Assembly (NCBI GenBank): GCA_963799745.1
Contig: CAWCYH010000006.1
Location: forward strand, 68,047-132,046
Source of the DNA: an uncultured Solirubrobacterales bacterium
GTDB lineage: Bacteria > Actinomycetota > Thermoleophilia > Solirubrobacterales > Solirubrobacteraceae
DNA: 64,000 nucleotides
Direction of reading: 5' to 3'
In this document: one piece after another, positions 60,147 to 64,000 of the stretch
Layout of the letters: the number at the start of each line of letters is the position of its first letter
Numbering within the stretch: the first letter of the stretch is position 1
Translations under genes and position numbers: made by a program
Notes under the pieces: model-generated
Told to the model about the DNA's origin: nothing
Seen by the model: the letters and a program-made list of their open reading frames with translations, nothing else
Databases searched by the model: none

Positions 60147-62378
60147 TTGAGCCGTGGGCGGATAACCGCCGCTGCCTTGGCCGCTGCGCTCGCTCTGCTG
60201 GCGCTGCCGGCCTCCTCGCCGGCGGCGGTGCGGATCGGTGCGCGGGCGATCGTGGTGAGCACTCCGGGGGGCGGCGCGATCGTCGATCGCTCGCCGGCGC
60301 GGATCGCGTTCTTCGATGCGCGCGGGCGCGTCGTGCTGCGCGAGCTGCGGGCGACGTCGCGGACATTCAGCTTGCGTCCGCCGCCGCTCCCGCTCGTGAC
60401 GACGTACGGACCGCCGCTACAGGGAACGCTCTATGCGCCGCTGGAGTTCACGGTCGGCCGCGAGGCCGACACGGCGCAGAGTTCGGGTACCTGGGTCGGG
60501 AATCTGCTCTCGAGCGTGCGCACGGGAACGGTGTACTCGGCGCGGCGGGTGCTCTCGGCGCGGCGCGTGCGAGACGGTGTGCGACTGGTCGTTTCGACGA
60601 GCGACCCCTCGCGCCGGGTACTGATCGTGATGATCACTCCCGCTGTGGCTCCCACGATCCGCGTCTCGGTTCGCCCGTCGCCGAGCGCGGGCGTGGTTGG
60701 AATCGGTGACAGCTTCACCTCCGGGCGCGATGAGCAGTTCCACGGCCTCGGCGGCCGCCATCTCGGGCTCAGCCAGCGGGGTGCCTCGTTCTACAACTGG
60801 ACCGAGGAGGAGAACGTCAATGCGACCTCCTTCAAGGTTCCCGGGTCGGAATCCGGCGGGCTGCTGTACCCCAACGGGCCACAGGCGGCTTACTATCCGC
60901 AGGCCTCGTTCGTGTCCTCCCGGCCGTACGGGTTCCTGCTCGATCAGCCGCAGCTCGCGCGCTTCAGGCTCGACTCCGATCGTCGTGACGCGTGGCAGGC
61001 GGACGTCGCGGCGCGAGCGCTCGACTACGTCGTCGCCCCCGGCGCGGCGCCTCGGGCGATCGCCTCGCTGACGGCAATCACCGGCCGTCAGCGCGTGCCG
61101 CCGGCGTGGGCGGTCGAGCCCTCGCTCGATCGCGAGATGCAGCTCGGCGAGAAGCCCGACGCCTACCTGGCGCAGATTCGCCAAGACCTGATCGACATCC
61201 GCCGCTATCACCTGCCCCTGGGCGCCTATCGGATCGAAGGATGGGCGACGCTGCCCTCCGCGACGGCTCGCGAACTGATCGGCGAGCTTCACCGCCGCGG
61301 CATCCATGCACTGGTCTACTTCCGCCCGTTCGTCGCCCAGGACGCGGCGGGAACCGAGGCTCCGGGCACCTACCAATACGCGGTCAGTCACGGGCTGGTG
61401 GCGCGCACCCGCAGCGGCGCGCCGTATCTGTTCGGCGACTCGTTCGGCGGCCACGCGGCGCTAATCGACTTCACCAACCCTGCCGCGGTGCGCTGGTGGT
61501 CATCGCGGATCCGGGCGGCGCTCGGCCTCGGCGCCGACGGCTTCATGCAGGACTTCGGCGAAGAGGTCCTGCCGGGCATGGTGTTCCATGACGGCGACAC
61601 AGGCACCCAGATGCACAACCGCTACCCGGTCATCTACGACCGGGCGACGCGGCGAGTTATCGACCAGTACGCGCGCCAGCATCCGCGCCGGAGCTTCTTC
61701 TTCTACACGCGCGCGGGATACACCGGCCACCCGGGCTCGGCAGCCTATGAGAACGGCAACTTCGCCGGCGATGAGACCACCGACTGGACCGCGTCGTCGG
61801 GGATCCGATCGGTCATCCCCGACATGCTCAACCGGGCGATCGGCGGCGCGTATGGCTACAGCACGGATATCGGCGGCTACTTCGACCTCTTCACCCCGAG
61901 GCCGACGACCAAGGAGCTGCTGTTGCGCTGGGCCGAGCTGGCTGTGTTCACCCCGTTCTTCCGGCTGCATGGATCGCTGATCGCGGGCACCCACACCCCC
62001 TGGCGCTACGACGCCCAGACCGTCCGCGTCTACAACCGGCTCTCACTCCTGCACGAGCGTGCCGCCCCGCTGATCCTCAGTCTCTGGCGCCAGGCCGATC
62101 GCACCGGAATCCCGCCCACCCGCCCCCTGTGGCTGGCCTACCCGCGCGACCCGACGGCCGCCCGGCAAGACCAGGAATGGCTGCTCGGGCCCAACCTGCT
62201 CGTCGCCCCCGTGGTCACACAAGGAGCGACTCGCCGCAAGGTGTACTTCCCGGCTGGCTGCTGGCGATCGCCGACAGGGAAGCGCACGATCCGCGGCCCG
62301 GGCTCGACGACGGTCGCCGCGCCGCTCACGAGCCTGCCCTACTACTTCCGCTGCGGCACCCGGCCGCTCGCCCCGTGA
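60147..62378 (+). CDS. Secreted glycoside hydrolase family 31 (alpha-glucosidase/alpha-xylosidase-like)
   Basis: Signal peptide AAALAAALALLALPASSPAA. Nucleophile region GADGFMQDFGEEV (compare YicI GVDCFKTDFGE) and acid/base region FAGDETTDWT, GYSTDIGGY. TTG start. Confidence 0.85.
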   Translation: MSRGRITAAALAAALALLALPASSPAAVRIGARAIVVSTPGGGAIVDRSPARIAFFDARGRVVLRELRATSRTFSLRPPPLPLVTTYGPPLQGTLYAPLEFTVGREADTAQSSGTWVGNLLSSVRTGTVYSARRVLSARRVRDGVRLVVSTSDPSRRVLIVMITPAVAPTIRVSVRPSPSAGVVGIGDSFTSGRDEQFHGLGGRHLGLSQRGASFYNWTEEENVNATSFKVPGSESGGLLYPNGPQAAYYPQASFVSSRPYGFLLDQPQLARFRLDSDRRDAWQADVAARALDYVVAPGAAPRAIASLTAITGRQRVPPAWAVEPSLDREMQLGEKPDAYLAQIRQDLIDIRRYHLPLGAYRIEGWATLPSATARELIGELHRRGIHALVYFRPFVAQDAAGTEAPGTYQYAVSHGLVARTRSGAPYLFGDSFGGHAALIDFTNPAAVRWWSSRIRAALGLGADGFMQDFGEEVLPGMVFHDGDTGTQMHNRYPVIYDRATRRVIDQYARQHPRRSFFFYTRAGYTGHPGSAAYENGNFAGDETTDWTASSGIRSVIPDMLNRAIGGAYGYSTDIGGYFDLFTPRPTTKELLLRWAELAVFTPFFRLHGSLIAGTHTPWRYDAQTVRVYNRLSLLHERAAPLILSLWRQADRTGIPPTRPLWLAYPRDPTAARQDQEWLLGPNLLVAPVVTQGATRRKVYFPAGCWRSPTGKRTIRGPGSTTVAAPLTSLPYYFRCGTRPLAP

Positions 62379-62397
62379 CGACGTTCTTCGCTCGGGT

Positions 62398-62700
62398 ATG
62401 TCGTCGCGTTTGAGTCGATCCCAAGCGCAACCGGACGCTGGTGTGAGCTGCACAGCAAACGGATTGTCATCGACGCCGACCAGCCCGCCAACGCCCGAGT
62501 GCGCACCCCTGGTCCACGAGATCGCCCACGCGCTCGGCGTCGACTACACCAACCACAGCGCTGCCTCGCCGGCGATGTTCCGTCGGTCACCCTGGTTGGG
62601 CAGCGGATCGACAACATGAGTAGTACGACGCTTGACTGCACCGGGTCCGTCCGGACCTGGCGAGACACTCACCGGGCTCGAGCCTCCACCGAGCATCACC
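62398..62700 (+). pseudogene. Possible remnant of an HExxH zinc metalloprotease gene (frameshifted)
   Basis: Frame 1 reads ECAPLVHEIAHALGVDYTNHSAASPAMF. Adjacent protein-like stretches lie in other frames (KRIVIDADQPANA upstream, PSVTLVGQRIDNMSSTTLDCTGSVRTW downstream). There is no intact ORF longer than 73 aa. Confidence 0.3.
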
Positions 62701-62713
62701 CCCTCCGATCAAC

Positions 62714-62746
62714 GAAACGGCCGCGCCACCACGGCGCGGCCGTTTC
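62714..62746. terminator. Perfect 14-bp-stem hairpin between convergent transcription units
   Basis: GAAACGGCCGCGCC-ACCAC-GGCGCGGCCGTTTC. No T-tract on either side. Confidence 0.55.
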
Positions 62747-62772
62747 ACTCTCCGGCGTTCATCCGGGGAGGA

Positions 62773-63096
62773 CTAGGCCTCCAGCGGCGGCCGCCGCGTC
62801 TGCGCCATCCGCCGGCGCCGGCGCTCTTCGACGACGAACCCGGCCGATCCGCAGAACGGTCCCAGACCGCCCAGCACGGCGACCGTCACCGCCAACCAGA
62901 ACGGGATCACGCGCATGCGAGCGGCGTAGATGCAGATCAGCGACATGCAGATCCACATCACCCCGTGGGTCAACCCGAGGACGAACGTCTCGGGCTGAGG
63001 CTTCCCGAGCACGAACGCGCAGATCAGCAGCGACAGGTACACGACCGAGTGCGTGAACGACGCCAGCTCCAGGCGAGTGAAGGTGATCCAGCTCAC
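62773..63096 (-). CDS. DUF3817-type small membrane protein
   Basis: SWITFTRLELASFTHSVVYLSLLICAFVLG, GLTHGVMWICMSLICIYAA, FWLAVTVAVLGGLGPFCGSAGF. The GTG start overlaps the NUDIX stop (GTGA). Confidence 0.8.
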   Translation of the reverse strand: MSWITFTRLELASFTHSVVYLSLLICAFVLGKPQPETFVLGLTHGVMWICMSLICIYAARMRVIPFWLAVTVAVLGGLGPFCGSAGFVVEERRRRRMAQTRRPPLEA

Positions 63097-63845
63097 GACT
63101 GCGCCAGGAAGCTGCCCATCCGGCGTAGCGGCTCGTCGGCCTCAGGCGGCCAGTCCTCGACCCGGGGGGGCCACCAGGCGAAGTCGTCGTGCTCGTGATC
63201 CGGGGTGACGGTGGCGCCTTCGCGCAGCCACGCCTGGCCGACCATCAGCACGACCTCGCTCGGCAGCTGCACCAGCGCCTCGACCCGCATCGATTCGGGC
63301 TCGACGGACCACTCCTCGCGCAGCTCGCGCCCCATCGCGTCGGCCGGGTTCTCCTCGACCTCGACCGAGCCGCCGGCGCCGAGCGCCCACCGCCCCGCCC
63401 ACGACGCCAGCCACGCCGCGCGCCGGCCGGCCAGCCAGCGCCCGCCGGTGTCGCGGACCACGCACAGCACCGACAGGCTCTGGGCGGCCTGGTCGGCGAG
63501 CAGCCGCAGCGCCCAGCGCGCCGGCTGGAGCTCGAGCGTCAACCTGTCCACGCGCGCGTCGAACGAGGCGAGCCTGCCGGCGAACCCGTCGTGGCTCGGG
63601 GAGCCGCGCTCGCGCAGCGCGTTCAGCGCCAGGTCGGCCGCAACTATCGCGCGCTGCTCGGGCTCGAACGGGTCAGGCCGCCATGATGCCTCGACCTGGG
63701 TGAGATCCCAGGGTCCGCGCGCGAGGAGACCGGGTGCGCTGGTCACAGGCGACACGGTACCGGGGTGGGCTGGGGTCAACGCGCTGCTCAGCGATCGGCG
63801 ATGTAGAGCACTTCGACATCGACGCCGCGTAGTCTGGCGCCGCAC
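63093..63845 (-). CDS. NUDIX hydrolase
   Basis: Nudix box GAGGSVEVEENPADAMGRELREEWSV. The N-terminal limit is uncertain (several in-frame starts). Confidence 0.8.
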   Translation of the reverse strand: MRRQTTRRRCRSALHRRSLSSALTPAHPGTVSPVTSAPGLLARGPWDLTQVEASWRPDPFEPEQRAIVAADLALNALRERGSPSHDGFAGRLASFDARVDRLTLELQPARWALRLLADQAAQSLSVLCVVRDTGGRWLAGRRAAWLASWAGRWALGAGGSVEVEENPADAMGRELREEWSVEPESMRVEALVQLPSEVVLMVGQAWLREGATVTPDHEHDDFAWWPPRVEDWPPEADEPLRRMGSFLAQS

Positions 63846-64000
63846 GGCGATCGGCCTGATGAGCGTGTGTCTCGCCGGCGAGGCCCCGCGATCGCCACCT
63901 CGTGAGCCCGTATGCCACGGCGCCGCGGCTCGCCCGACAGGCCGCCTATGGCCTACCCGGCGGCCCGCCGAGGGACGCGATCAGCGCCGAGAAGCTCCTG

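Noticed and set aside
63902-64000. Possible start of a + strand gene at the window edge (VSPYATAPRLARQAAYGLPGGPPRDAISAEKLL).
   Set aside because: Only 33 codons are visible. GC3 looks coding-like, but there is no motif, no clear ribosome-binding site and no way to confirm the frame.
1-64000. Search for tRNA, rRNA, CRISPR arrays, transposases, integrases, toxin-antitoxin pairs and classical defence genes.
   Set aside because: None was recognised. The tandem repeats found have 18-52-bp periods without unique spacers, so they are not CRISPR-like. No cloverleaf-like sequence was seen in the intergenic gaps. No recombinase, DDE or restriction-modification motifs appear in any supported ORF. NucS is a housekeeping mismatch endonuclease in this context.

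Overview
Very GC-rich segment (G+C judged by eye, not computed) that looks like core chromosome of an actinobacterial-type organism. Supporting markers are NucS, a Kgd/OdhA-type 2-oxoglutarate dehydrogenase fusion, a ydaO (c-di-AMP) riboswitch ahead of a cell-wall transglycosylase, an SCO copper chaperone beside a DyP-like remnant, PolX and MreB. I support about 58 protein-coding genes, 2-3 decayed genes, one riboswitch, several hairpin terminators and an unusually rich set of intergenic repeats. I recognised no rRNA, tRNA, CRISPR array, transposase, integrase or prophage gene. Functional blocks: (i) 0.5-10 kb, signalling and housekeeping (HD-GYP, J-domain/TPR protein, aspS, GroES-like, nucS). 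(ii) 10-21 kb, envelope and repair (ATL-YjbQ, riboswitch plus transglycosylase, GT39-like, mreB, polX, SCO, MFS/MarR). (iii) 27.6-36.7 kb, a catabolic island resembling NanA/NanE logic, with an orphan nitroreductase-like protein. (iv) 36.7-45.9 kb, a Puu/Pau-like gamma-glutamylation amine-catabolism cluster (2 GS-like, 2 class-III aminotransferases, GATase1, ALDH, FadR-like regulator) with an embedded Cys-His-Asp papain/phytochelatin-synthase-like protein. (v) corA and a 1510-aa complete E2o-E1o fusion. (vi) MatB-like ligase, a long PIMT homologue, an ABC-2 exporter, GH31 and NUDIX. The most interesting unexplained signals are: two paralogous small secreted proteins ending in FHWGDAGIGA, a TM helix and an Arg cluster (sorting-signal-like); the papain-like protein inside the gamma-glutamyl cluster; a GroES homologue with a C-terminal zinc ribbon divergent from nucS; a 47-nt palindromic element present three times; and a 15-nt palindromic box shared by the upstream regions of an adenylate cyclase and a Pat-type GNAT. 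All functional calls come from motif recognition by eye; no database search was run.
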